Shown here: positions 23,780 through 37,400 of the stretch, one piece after another
Layout: every line of letters starts with the position of its first letter
How positions within the stretch are numbered: position 1 is the first letter of the stretch
Assembly: GCA_964016885.1 (NCBI GenBank)
Contig: OZ024740.1
Location: 251,410,001 to 251,474,000, forward strand
Source of the DNA: Eledone cirrhosa
Taxonomy: Eukaryota
Length of the DNA stretch: 64,000 nucleotides
Reading direction: 5' to 3'
Program-made: the position numbers and the translations under genes
The notes under the pieces: model-generated
What the model was told of the DNA's origin: nothing
What the model saw: the letters and a program-made list of their open reading frames with translations, nothing else
Database searches by the model: none

Positions 23780-26700
23780 CTCCCCTTGATTTTTTTTTAC
23801 AAATTATCTCCCCCTGATTTTTTTTTTACAAATTATCTCCCCCTGATTTTTTTAAAAATTATCTTCCCTTGGCTGGCGGGAAATTATCTCCCCTTGGACG
23901 GCTGGAAATTATCTCCCCTTGGAAGGATGTAAATTATCTCCCCTTGGACGGCTGGAAATTATCTCCCCTTGCACGGCTGGAAATTATCTCCCCTTGATTT
24001 TTTTTACAAATTATCTCCCCCTGATTTTTTTTTACAAATTATCTCCCCCTGATTTTTTTTTACAAATTATCTCCCCCTGATTTTTTTTACAAATTATCTC
24101 CCCCTGATTTTTAAAAAAAAAATTATCTCCCCTTCGCTGGCTGGAAATTATCTCCCCTTGGACGCTGGAAATTATAGCCCCTTGGAGGGCTGGAAATTAT
24201 CTTCCCTTGGACGGCTGGAAATTATCTTCCCTTGGACGGCTGGAAATTATCTCCCCTTGATTTTTTTTACAAATTATCTCCCCCTGATTTTTTTTTACAA
24301 ATTATCTCCCCCTGATTTTTTTTACAAATTATCTACCCCTGATTTTTTTTACAAATTATCTCCCCCTGATTTTTTTTTACAAATTATCTCCCTCTGATTT
24401 TTTTTTACAAATTATCTCCCCCTGATTTTTTTTTTACAAATTATCTCCCCCTGATTTTTTTACAAATTATCTCCCCCTGATTTTTTTTACAATCTCCGCC
24501 TGATTTTTTAAAAAATTATCTTCCCTTGGCTGGCGGGAAATTATCTCCCCTTGGACGGCTGGAAATTATCTCCCCTTGGACGGCTAGAAATTATCTCTCT
24601 TTGGACGGCTGCAAATTATCTCCCCTTGATTTTTTTTACAAATTATCTCCCCCTGATTTTTTTACAAATTATCCCCGCATGATTTTTAAAAAAAAAATTA
24701 TCTCCCCTTCGCTGGCTGGAAATTATCTCCCCTTGGACGCTGGAAATTATAGCCCCTTGGAGGGCTGGAAATTATCTTCCCTTGGACGGCTGGAAATTAT
24801 CTCCCCTTGATTTTTTTTACAAATTATCTCCCCCTGATTTTTTTTTACAAATTATCTCCCCCTGATTTTTTTTTACAAATTATCTCCCCCTGATTTTTTT
24901 TTTTACAAATTATCTCCGCCTGATTTTTAAAAAAAAATTATCTCCCCTTGGACGGCTGGAAATTATCTCCCCTTGGACGGCTGGAAATTATCTCCCCTTG
25001 GACGGCTAGAAATTACCTCTCCTTGGACGGCTGAAAATTATCTCCCCTTGGACGGCTGCAAATTATCTCCCCTTGATTTTTTTTACAAATTATCTCCCCC
25101 TGATTTTTTTTACAAATTATCTCCCCCTGATTTTTTTTACAAATTATCTCCCCCTGATTTTTTTTTACAAATTATCTCCCCCTGATTTTTTTTTACAAAT
25201 TATCTCCCCCTGATTTTTTTTACAAATTATCTCCCCCTGATTTTTTTTACAAATTATCTCCCCCTGATTTTTTTTTACAAATTATCTCCCCTTGATTTTT
25301 TTTTACAAATTATCTCCCCCTGATTTTTTTTTTACAAATTATCTCCCCCTGATTTTTTTACAAATTATCTCCCCCTGATTTTTTTTACAAATTATCTCCC
25401 CCTGATTTTTTTTACAAATTATCTCCCCTTGATTTTTTTCTACAAATTATCTCCCCCTGATTTTTTTTTTACAAATTATCTCCCCCTGATTTTTTTAAAA
25501 ATTATCTTCCCTTGGCTGGCGGGAAATTATCTCCCCTTGGACGGCTGGAAATTATCTCCCCTTGGAAGGATGTAAATTATCTCCCCTTGGACGGCTGGAA
25601 ATTATCTCCCCTTGCACGGCTGGAAATTATCTCCCCTTGATTTTTTTTACAAATTATCTCCCCCTGATTTTTTTTTACAAATTATCTCCCCCTGATTTTT
25701 TTTTACAAATTATCTCCCCCTGATTTTTTTTACAAATTATCTCCCCCTGATTTTTAAAAAAAAAATTATCTCCCCTTCGCTGGCTGGAAATTATCTCCCC
25801 TTGGACGCTGGAAATTATAGCCCCTTGGAGGGCTGGAAATTATCTTCCCTTGGACGGCTGGAAATTATCTTCCCTTGGACGGCTGGAAATTATCTCCCCT
25901 TGATTTTTTTTACAAATTATCTCCCCCTGATTTTTTTTTACAAATTATCTCCCCCTGATTTTTTTTACAAATTATCTACCCCTGATTTTTTTTACAAATT
26001 ATCTCCCCCTGATTTTTTTTTACAAATTATCTCCCTCTGATTTTTTTTTACAAATTATCTCCCCCTGATTTTTTTTTTACAAATTATCTCCCCCTGATTT
26101 TTTTACAAATTATCTCCCCCTGATTTTTTTTACAATCTCCGCCTGATTTTTTAAAAAATTATCTTCCCTTGGCTGGCGGGAAATTATCTCCCCTTGGACG
26201 GCTGGAAATTATCTCCCCTTGGACGGCTAGAAATTATCTCTCTTTGGACGGCTGGAAATTATCTCCCCTTGATTTTTTTTACAAATTATCTCCCCCTGAT
26301 TTTTTTACAAATTATCCCCGCATGATTTTTAAAAAAAAAATTATCTCCCCTTCGCTGGCTGGAAATTATCTCCCCTTGGACGCTGGAAATTATAGCCCCT
26401 TGGAGGGCTGGAAATTATCTTCCCTTGGACGGCTGGAAATTATCTCCCCTTGATTTTTTTTACAAATTATCTCCCCCTGATTTTTTTTTACAAATTATCT
26501 CCCCCTGATTTTTTTTTACAAATTATCTCCCCCTGATTTTTTTTTTTACAAATTATCTCCGCCTGATTTTAAAAAAAAAATTATCTCCCCTTGGACGGCT
26601 GGAAATTATCTCCCCTTGGACGGCTGGAAATTATCTCCCCTTGGACGGCTAGAAATTACCTCTCCTTGGACGGCTGAAAATTATCTCCCATTGGACGGCT

Positions 26701-27640
26701 GCAAATTATCTCCCCTTGATTTTTTTTACAAATTATCTCCCCCTGATTTTTTTTACAAATTATCTCCCCCTGATTTTTTTTACAAATTATCTCCCCCTGA
26801 TTTTTTTTTACAAATTATCTCCCCCTGATTTTTTTTTACAAATTATCTCCCCCTGATTTTTTTTACAAATTATCTCCCCCTGATTTTTTTTACAAATTAT
26901 CTCCCCCTGATTTTTTTTTACAAATTATCTCCCCTTGATTTTTTTTTACAAATTATCTCCCCCTGATTTTTTTTTTACAAATTATCTCCCCCTGATTTTT
27001 TTACAAATTATCTCCCCCTGATTTTTTTTACAAATTATCTCCCCCTGATTTTTTTTACAAATTATCTCCCCTTGATTTTTTTTTACAAATTATCTCCCCC
27101 TGATTTTTTTTTTACAAATTATCTCCCCCTGATTTTTTTTAAAATTATCTTCCCTTGGCTGGCGGGAAATTATCTCCCCTTGGACGGCTGGAAATTATCT
27201 CCCCTTGGAAGGATGTAAATTATCTCCCCTTGGACGGCTGGAAATTATCTCCCCTTGCACGGCTGGAAATTATCTCCCCTTGATTTTTTTTACAAATTAT
27301 CTCCCCCTGATTTTTTTTTACAAATTATCTCCCCCTGATTTTTTTTTACAAATTATCTCCCCCTGATTTTTTTTACAAATTATCTCCCCCTGATTTAAAA
27401 AAAAAAAATTATCTCCTCTTCGCTGGCTGGAAATTATCTCCCCTTGGACGCTGGAAATTATAGCCCCTTGGAGGGCTGGAAATTATCTTCCCTTGGACGG
27501 CTGGAAATTATCTTCCCTTGGACGGCTGGAAATTATCTCCCCTTGATTTTTTTTACAAATTATCTCCCCCTGATTTTTTTTTACAAATTATCTCCCCCTG
27601 ATTTTTTTTTACAAATTATCTCCCCCTGATTTTTTTTTTA
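23780..27640 (+). repeat. 1,643-bp tandem higher-order unit, about 2.3 copies (also ~59915-63740)
   Basis: 24158/25801/27444 and 60291/61934/63577 are spaced 1643 apart, as are 24526/26169 and 24973/26616. Confidence 0.85.
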
Positions 27641-30600
27641 CAAATTATCTCCGCTTGATTTTTAAAAAAAAATTATCTCCCCTTGGACGGCTGGAAATTA
27701 TCTCCCCTTGGACGGCTGGAAATTATCTCCCCTTGGACGGCTGCAAATTATCTCCCCTTGATTTTTTTTACAAATTATCTCCCCCTGATTTTTTTTTACA
27801 AATTATCTCCCCCTCATTTTTTTTACAAATTATCTACCCCTGATTTTTTTTACAAATTATCTCCCCCTGATTTTTTTTTACAAATTATCTCCCTCTGATT
27901 TTTTTTTACAAATTATCTCCCCCTGATTTTTTTTTTACAAATTATCTCCCCCTGATTTTTTTAAAAATTATCTCCCCCTGATTTTTTTACAATCTCCGCC
28001 TGATTTTTTTAAAAATTATCTTCCCTTGGCTGGCGGGAAATTATCTCCCCTTGGACGGCTGGAAATTATCTCCCCTTGGAAGGATGGAAATTATCTCCCC
28101 TTGGACGGCTGGAAATTATCTCCCCTTGCACGGCTGGAAATTATCTCCCCTTGGCTGGAAATTATCTCCCCTTGGACGGCTAGAAATTATCTCTCTTTGG
28201 ACGGCTGGAAATTATGTCCCTTTGATTTTTTTTATAAATTATCTACCTCTGATATTTTTTACAAATCTCCCCCTGATTTTTTAAAAAAAATTATCTCCCC
28301 TTCGCTGGCTGGAAATTATCTCCCCTTGGACACTGGAAATTATAGCCCCTTGGAGGGCTGGAAATTATCTTCCCTTGGACGGCTGGAAATTATCTCCCCT
28401 TGATTTTTTTTACAAATTATCTCCGCCTGATTTTTTTTAAAAATTATCTCTCCTTGGAAGGCTGGAAATTATCTCCCCTTGATTTTTTTTACAAGTTATC
28501 TCCCCCTGATTTTTTTTTACAAATTATCTCCCCCTAATTTTTTTTTACAAATTATCTACCCCTGATTTTTTTTACAAATTATCTCCCCCTGATTTTTTTT
28601 ACAAATTATCTCCCCCTGATTTTTCTTTTACAAATTATCTCCCCCTGATTTTTTTACAAATTATCTCCCCCTGATTTTTTTTACAAATTATCTCCGCCTG
28701 ATTTTTTTAAATATTATCTTCCCTTGGCTGGCGGGAAATTATCTCCCCTTGGACGGCTGGAAATTATCTGCCCTTGATTTTGTTTTTACAAATTATCTTC
28801 CACTGATTTTTTTTACAAATTATCTCCACCTGATTTTTTAAAAAAATTATCTCCCCTTGGAAGGCTGGAAATTATCTCCCCTTGGACGGCTAGAAATTAT
28901 CTCTCTTTGGACGGCTGGAAATTATCTCCCCTTGATTTTTTTTACAAATTATCTCCCCCTGATTTTTTTTACAAATATCCCAGTGATTTTTTTTAAAAAA
29001 TTATCTCCCCTTCGCTGGCTGGAAATTATCTCCCCTTGGACGCTGGAAATTATAGCCCCTTGGAGGGCTGGAAATTATCTTCCCTTGGACGGCTGGAAAT
29101 TATCTCCCCTTGATTTTTTTTACAAATTATCTCCCCCTGATTTTTTTTTTCAAATTATCTCCCCCTGATTTTTTTTTACAAATTATCTCCCCCTGATTTT
29201 TTTTTTTACAACTTATCTCCGCCTGATTTTTTTTAAAAAATCATCTCCCCTTGGACGGCTGGAAATTATCTCCCCTTGGACGGCTGGAAATTATCTCTCC
29301 TTGGACGGCTAGAAATTACCTCTCCTTGGACAATTGAAAATTATCTCCCCTTGGACGGCTGGAAATTATCTCCCCTTGATTTATTTTACAAATTATCTCC
29401 CCCTGATTTTTTTTACAAATTATCTCCCCTGATTTTTTTTTACAAATTATCTCCCCCTGATTTTTTTTTACAAATTATCTCCCCCTGATTTTTTTTACAA
29501 ATTATCTCCCCCTGATTTTTTTACAAATTATCTCCCCTTGGCTGGCTGGAAATTATCTCCCCTTGGAGGCAGGAATTTATCTCCCCTTGGACGGGTAGAA
29601 ATTACCTCTCCTTGGACGGCTGGAAAATATGTCTCCTTGGACGGCTGGAAATTATCTCCCCTTGGACGGCTGGAAATTATCTCCCCTTGGACGGCTGGAA
29701 ATTATCTCCCCTTGGACGGCTAGAAATTACTTCTCCTTGGACGGCTGAAAATTATCTCCCCTTGGACGGCTGGAAATTATCTCCCCTTGATTTTTTTACA
29801 AATTATCTCCCCCTGATTTTTTTTTACAAATTATCTCCCCCTGATTTTTTTTACAAATTATCTCCCCCTGATTTTTTTTACAAATTATCTCCCCCTGATT
29901 TTTTTTACAAATTATCTCCGCCTGATTTTTTTAAATATTATCTCTCCTTGGCTGGCGGGAAATTATCTCCCCTTGGACGGCTGCAAATTATCTCCGCTTG
30001 ATTTTTTTTACAAATTATCTCCCCCTGATTTTTTTTTTAAAATTATCTCCCCCTGATTTTTTTTACAAATTATCTCCCCTGATTTTTTTTTACAAATTAT
30101 CTCCCCCTGATTTTTTTTTACAAATTATCTCCCCCTGATTTTTTTTTTACAAATTATCTCCCCCTGATTTTTTTACAAATTATCTCCCCCTGATTTTTTT
30201 TACAATCTCCGCCTGATTTTTTTAAAAATTATCTTCCCTTGGCTGGCGGGAAATTATCTCCTCTTGGACGGCTGGAAATTATCTCCCCTTGGAAGGATGG
30301 AAATTATCTCCCCTTGGACGGCTGGAAATTATCTCCCCTTGCACGGCTGGAAATTATCTCCCCTTGGCTGGAAATTATCTCCCCTTGGACGGCTAGAAAT
30401 TATCTCTCTTTGGATGGCTGGAAATTATCTCCCTTTGATTTTTTTTACAAATTATCTCCCTCTGATTTTTTTTACAAATCTCCCCCTGATTTTTTTTTAC
30501 AAATTATCTCCCCCTGATTTTTTTTACAAACTATCTCCCCCTGATTTTTTTACAAATTATCTCCCCTTGGCTGGCTGGAAATTATCTCCCCTTGGAGGCT

Positions 30601-31444
30601 GGAATTTATCTCCCCTTGGACGGCTAGAAATTACCTCTCCTTGGACGGCTGGAAAATATGTCTCCTTGGACGGCTGGAAATTATCTCCCCTTGGACGGCT
30701 GGAAATTACCTCTCCTTGGACGGCTGAAAATTGTCTCCCCGTGGACGGCTGGAAATTATCTCCCCTTGATTTTTTTACAAATTATCTCCCCCTGATTTTT
30801 TTTTTACAAATTATCTCCCCCTGATTTTTTTTACAAATTATCTACGCCTGATTTTTTTAAATATTATCTCTCCTTGGCTGGCGGGAAATTATCTCCCCTT
30901 GGACGGCTGGAAATTATCTCCCCTTGGAAGGATGGAAATTATCTCCCCTTGGACGGCTGGAAATTATCTCCCCTTGCACTGCTGGAAATTATCTCCCCTT
31001 GGACGGCTGGAAATTATCTGCCCTTGATTTTGTTTTTACAAATTATCTTCCCCTGATTATTTTTACAAATTATCTCCACCTGATTTTTTAAAAAATTATC
31101 TCCCCTTGGACGGCTGGAAATTATCTCCCCTTGGCTGGAAATTATCTCCCCTTGGACGGCTAGAAATTATCTCTCTTTGGACGGCTGGAAATTATCTCCC
31201 CTTGATTTTTTTTACAAATTATCTCCCCCTGATTTTTTTTACAAATTATCCCCCCATGATTTTAAAAAAAAAAATTATCTCCCCTTCGCTGGCTGGAAAT
31301 TATCTCCCCTTGGACGCTGGAAATTATAGCCCCTTGGAGGGCTGGAAATTATCTTCCCTTGGACGGCTGGAAATTATCTCCCCTTGATTTTTTTTACAAA
31401 TTATCTCCCCCTGATTTTTTTTTACAAATTATCTCCCCCTGATT

Positions 31445-34400
31445 TTTTTTTTACAAATTATCTCCGCCTGATTTTTTAAAAAAAATTATCTCCCCTTGGA
31501 CGGCTGGAAATTATCTCCCCTTGGACGGCTGGAAATTATCTCCCGTTGGACGGCTAGAAATTACCTCTCCTTGGACGGCTGAAAATTATCTCCCCTTGGA
31601 CGGCTGCAAATTATCTCCCCTTGATTTTTTTTACAAATTATCCCCCCATGATTTTTAAAAAAAAAATTATCTCCCCTTCGCTGGCTGGAAATTATCTCCC
31701 CTTGGACGCTGGAAATTATAGCCCCTTGGAGGGCTGGAAATTATCTTCCCTTGGACGGCTGGAAATTATCTCCCCTTGATTTTTTTTACAAATTATCTCC
31801 CTCTGATTTTTTTTTACAAATTATCTCCCACTGATTTTTTTTTACAAATTATCTCCCCCTGATTTTTTTTTTACAAATTATCTCCGCGTGATTTTTTTAA
31901 AAAAATTATCTCCCCTTGGACGGCTGGAAATTATCTCCCCTTGGACGGCTGGAAATTATCTCGCCTTGGACGGCTAGAAATTACCTCTCCTTGGACGGCT
32001 GAAAATTATCTCCCCTTGGACGGCTGCAAATTATCTCCTCTTGATTTTTTTTACAAATTATCTCCCCCTGATTTTTTTTACAAATTATCTCCCCCTGATT
32101 TTTTTTACAAATTATCTCCCCCTGATTTTTTTTTACAAATTATCTCCCCCTGATTTTTTTTCCAAATTATCTCCCCCTGATTTTTTTTACAAATTATCTC
32201 CCCCTGATTTTTTTTACAAATTATCTCCCCCTGATTTTTTTTACAATCTCCGCCTGATTTTTTAAAAAATTATCTTTCCTTGGCTGGCGGGAAATTATCT
32301 CCCCTTGGACGGCTGGAAATTATCTCCCCTTGGACGGCTAGAAATTATCTCTCTTTGGACGGCTGGAAATTATCTCCCCTTGATTTTTTTTACAAATTAT
32401 CTCCCCCTGATTTTTTTTACAAATTATCCCCGCATGATTTTTAAAAAAAAAATTATCTCCCCTTCGCTGGCTGGAAATTATCTCCCCTTGGACGCTGGAA
32501 ATTATAGCCCCTTGGAGGGCTGGAAATTATCTTCCCTTGGACGGCTGGAAATTATCTCCCCTTAATTTTTTTTACAAATTATCTCCCCCTGATTTTTTTT
32601 TACAAATTATCTCCCCCTGATTTTTTTTTACAAATTATCTCCCCCTGATTTTTTTTTTTACAAATTATCTCCGCCTGATTTTTAAAAAAAAATTATCTCC
32701 CCTTGGACGGCTGGAAATTATCTCCCCTTGGACGGCTGGAAATTATCTCCCCTTGGACGGCTAGAAATTACCTCTCCTTGGACGGCTGAAAATTATCTCC
32801 CCTTGGACGGCTGCAAATTATCTCCCCTTGATTTTTTTTACAAATTATCTCCCCCTGATTTTTTTTACAAATTATCTCCCCCTGATTTTTTTTACAAATT
32901 ATCTCCCCCTGATTTTTTTTTACAAATTATCTCCCCCTGATTTTTTTTTACAAATTATCTCCCCCTGATTTTTTTTACAAATTATCTCCCCCTGATTTTT
33001 TTTACAAATTATCTCCCCCTGATTTTTTTTTACAAATTATCTCCCCTTGATTTTTTTTTACAAATTATCTGCCCCTGATTTTTTTTTTACAAATTATCTC
33101 CCCCTGATTTTTTTACAAATTATCTCCCCCTGATTTTTTTTACAAATTATCTCCCGCTGATTTTTTTTACAAATTATCTCCCCTTGATTTTTTTTTACAA
33201 ATTATCTCCCCTTGATTTTTTTTTACAAATTATCTCCCCCTGATTTTTTTTTTACAAATTATCTCCCCCTGATTTTTTTAAAAATTATCTTCCCTTGGCT
33301 GGCGGGAAATTATCTCCCCTTGGACGGCTGGAAATTATCTCCCCTTGGAAGGATGTAAATTATCTCCCCTTGGACGGCTGGAAATTATCTCCCCTTGCAC
33401 GGCTGGAAATTATCTCCCCTTGATTTTTTTTACAAATTATCTCCCCCTGATTTTTTTTTACAAATTATCTCCCCCTGATTTTTTTTTACAAATTATCTCC
33501 CCCTGATTTTTTTTACAAATTATCTCCCCCTGATTTTTAAAAAAAAAATTATCTCCCCTTCGCTGGCTGGAAATTATCTCCCCTTGGACGCTGGAAATTA
33601 TAGCCCCTTGGAGGGCTGGAAATTATCTTCCCTTGGACGGCTGGAAATTATCTTCCCTTGGACGGCTGGAAATTATCTCCCCTTGATTTTTTTTACAAAT
33701 TATCTCCCCCTGATTTTTTTTTACAAATTATCTCCCCCTGATTTTTTTTACAAATTATCTACCCCTGATTTTTTTTACAAATTATCTCCCCCTGATTTTT
33801 TTTTACAAATTATCTCCCTCTGATTTTTTTTTACAAATTATCTCCCCCTGATTTTTTTTTTACAAATTATCTCCCCCTGATTTTTTTACAAATTATCTCC
33901 CCCTGATTTTTTTTACAATCTCCGCCTGATTTTTTAAAAAATTATCTTCCCTTGGCTGGCGGGAAATTATCTCCCCTTGGACGGCTGGAAATTATCTCCC
34001 CTTGGACGGCTAGAAATTATCTCTCTTTGGACGGCTGGAAATTATCTCCCCTTGATTTTTTTTACAAATTATCTCCCCCTGATTTTTTTTACAAATTATC
34101 CCCGCATGATTTTTAAAAAAAAAATTATCTCCCCTTCGCTGGCTGGAAATTATCTCCCCTTGGACGCTGGAAATTATAGCCCCTTGGAGGGCTGGAAATT
34201 ATCTTCCCTTGGACGGCTGGAAATTATCTCCCCTTGATTTTTTTTACAAATTATCTCCCCCTGATTTTTTTTTACAAATTATCTCCCCCTGATTTTTTTT
34301 TACAAATTATCTCCCCCTGATTTTTTTTTTTACAAATTATCTCCGCCTGATTTTTAAAAAAAAATTATCTCCCCTTGGACGGGTGGAAATTATCTCCCCT

Positions 34401-37400
34401 TGGACGGCTGGAAATTATCTCCCCTTGGACGGCTAGAAATTACCTCTCCTTGGACGGCTGAAAATTATCTCCCCTTGGACGGCTGCAAATTATCTCCCCT
34501 TGATTTTTTTTACAAATTATCTCCCCCTGATTTTTTTTACAAATTATTTCCCCCTGATTTTTTTTACAAATTATCTCCCCCTGATTTTTTTTTACAAATT
34601 ATCTCCCCCTGATTTTTTTTTACAAATTATCTCCCCCTGATTTTTTTTACAAATTATCTCCCCCTGATTTTTTTTACAAATTATCTCCCCCTGATTTTTT
34701 TTTACAAATTATCTCCCCTTGATTTTTTTTTACAAATTATCTCCCCCTGATTTTTTTTTTACAAATTATCTCCCCCTGATTTTTTTACAAATTATCTCCC
34801 CCTGATTTTTTTTACAAATTATCTCCCCCTGATTTTTTTTACAAATTATCTCCCCTTGATTTTTTTTTACAAATTATCTCCCCTTGATTTTTTTTTACAA
34901 ATTATCTCCCCCTGATTTTTTTTTTACAAATTATCTCCCCCTGATTTTTTTAAAAATTATCTTCCCTTGGCTGGCGGGAAATTATCTCCCCTTGGACGGC
35001 TGGAAATTATCTCCCCTTGGAAGGATGTAAATTATCTCCCCTTGGACGGCTGGAAATTATCTCCCCTTGCACGGCTGGAAATTATCTCCCCTTGATTTTT
35101 TTTACAAATTATCTCCCCCTGATTTTTTTTTACAAATTATCTCCCCCTGATTTTTTTTTACAAATTATCTCCCCCTGATTTTTTTTACAAATTATCTCCC
35201 CCTGATTTTTAAAAAAAAAATTATCTCCCCTTCGCTGGCTGGAAATTATCTCCCCTTGGACGCTGGAAATTATAGCCCCTTGGAGGGCTGGAAATTATCT
35301 TCCCTTGGACGGCTGGAAATTATCTTCCCTTGGACGGCTGGAAATTATCTCCCCTTGATTTTTTTTACAAATTATCTCCCCCTGATTTTTTTTTACAAAT
35401 TATCTCCCCCTGATTTTTTTTACAAATTATCTACCCCTGATTTTTTTTACAAATTATCTCCCCCTGATTTTTTTTTACAAATTATCTCCCTCTGATTTTT
35501 TTTTACAAATTATCTCCCCCTGATTTTTTTTTTACAAATTATCTCCCCCTGATTTTTTTACAAATTATCTCCCCCTGATTTTTTTTACAATCTCCGCCTG
35601 ATTTTTTAAAAAATTATCTCCCCTTCGCTGGCTGGAAATTATCTCCCCTTGGACGCTGGAAATTATAGCCCCTTGGAGGGCTGGAAATTATCTTCCCTTG
35701 GACGGCTGGAAATTATCTCCCCTTGATTTTTTTTACAAATTATCTCCCCCTGATTTTTTTTTACAAATTATCTCCCCCTGATTTTTTTTTACAAATTATC
35801 TCCCCCTGATTTTTTTTTTTACAAATTATCTCCGCCTGATTTTTAAAAAAAAATTATCTCCCCTTGGACGGCTGGAAATTATCTCCCCTTGGACGGCTGG
35901 AAATTATCTACCCTTGGACGGCTAGAAATTACCTCTCCTTGGACGGCTGAAAATTATCTCCCCTTGGACGGCGGCAAATTATCTCCCCTTGATTTTTTTT
36001 ACAAATTATCTCCCCCTGATTTTTTTTACAAATTATCTCCCCCTGATTTTTTTTACAAATTATCTCCCCCTGATTTTTTTTTACAAATTATCTCCCCCTG
36101 ATTTTTTTTTACAAATTATCTCCCCCTGATTTTTTTTACAAATTATCTCCCCCTGATTTTTTTTACAAATTATCTCCCCCTGATTTTTTTTTACAAATTA
36201 TCTCCCCTTGATTTTTTTTTACAAATTATCTCCCCCTGATTTTTTTTTTACAAATTATCTCCCCCTGATTTTTTTACAAATTATCTCCCCCTGATTTTTT
36301 TTACAAATTATCTCCCCCTGATTTTTTTTACAAATTATCTCCCCTTGATTTTTTTTTACAAATTATCTCCCCCTGATTTTTTTTTTACAAATTATTTCCC
36401 CCTGATTTTTTTAAAAATTATCTTCCCTTGGCTGGCGGGAAATTATCTCCCCTTGGACGGCTGGAAATTATCTCCCCTTGGAAGGATGTAAATTATCTCC
36501 CCTTGGACGGCTGGAAATTATCTCCCCTTGCACGGCTGGAAATTATCTCCCCTTGATTTTTTTTACAAATTATCTCCCCCTGATTTTTTTTTACAAATTA
36601 TCTCCCCCTGATTTTTTTTTACAAATTATCTCCCCCTGATTTTTTTTACAAATTATCTCCCCCTGATTTAAAAAAAAAAAATTATCTCCCCTTCGCTGGC
36701 TGGAAATTATCTCCCCTTGGACGCTGGAAATTATAGCCCCTTGGAGGGCTGGAAATTATCTTCCCTTGGACGGCTGGAAATTATCTTCCCTTGGACGGCT
36801 GGAAATTATCTCCCCTTGATTTTTTTTACAAATTATCTCCCCCTGATTTTTTTTTACAAATTATCTCCCCCTGATTTTTTTTTACAAATTATCTCCCCCT
36901 GATTTTTTTTTTACAAATTATCTCCGCTTGATTTTTTAAAAAAAATTATCTCCCCTTGGACGGCTGGAAATTATCTCCCCTTGGACGGCTAGAAATTATC
37001 TCTCCTTGGACGGCTGAAAATTATCTCCCCTTGGACGGCTGCAAATTATCTCCCCTTGATTTTTTTTACAAATTATCTCCCCCTGATTTTTTTTTACAAA
37101 TTATCTCCCCCTGATTTTTTTTTACAAATTATCTCCCCTTGATTTTTTTTTACAAATTATCTCCCCCTGATTTTTTTTTTACAAATTATCTCCCCCTGAT
37201 TTTTTTACAAATTATCTCCCCCTGATTTTTTTTACAAATTATCTCCCCCTGATTTTTTTTACAAATTATCTCCCCTTGATTTTTTTTTACAAATTATCTC
37301 CCCCTGATTTTTTTTTTACAAATTATCTCCCCCTGATTTTTTTAAAAATTATCTTCCCTTGGCTGGCGGGAAATTATCTCCCCTTGGACGGCTGGAAATT

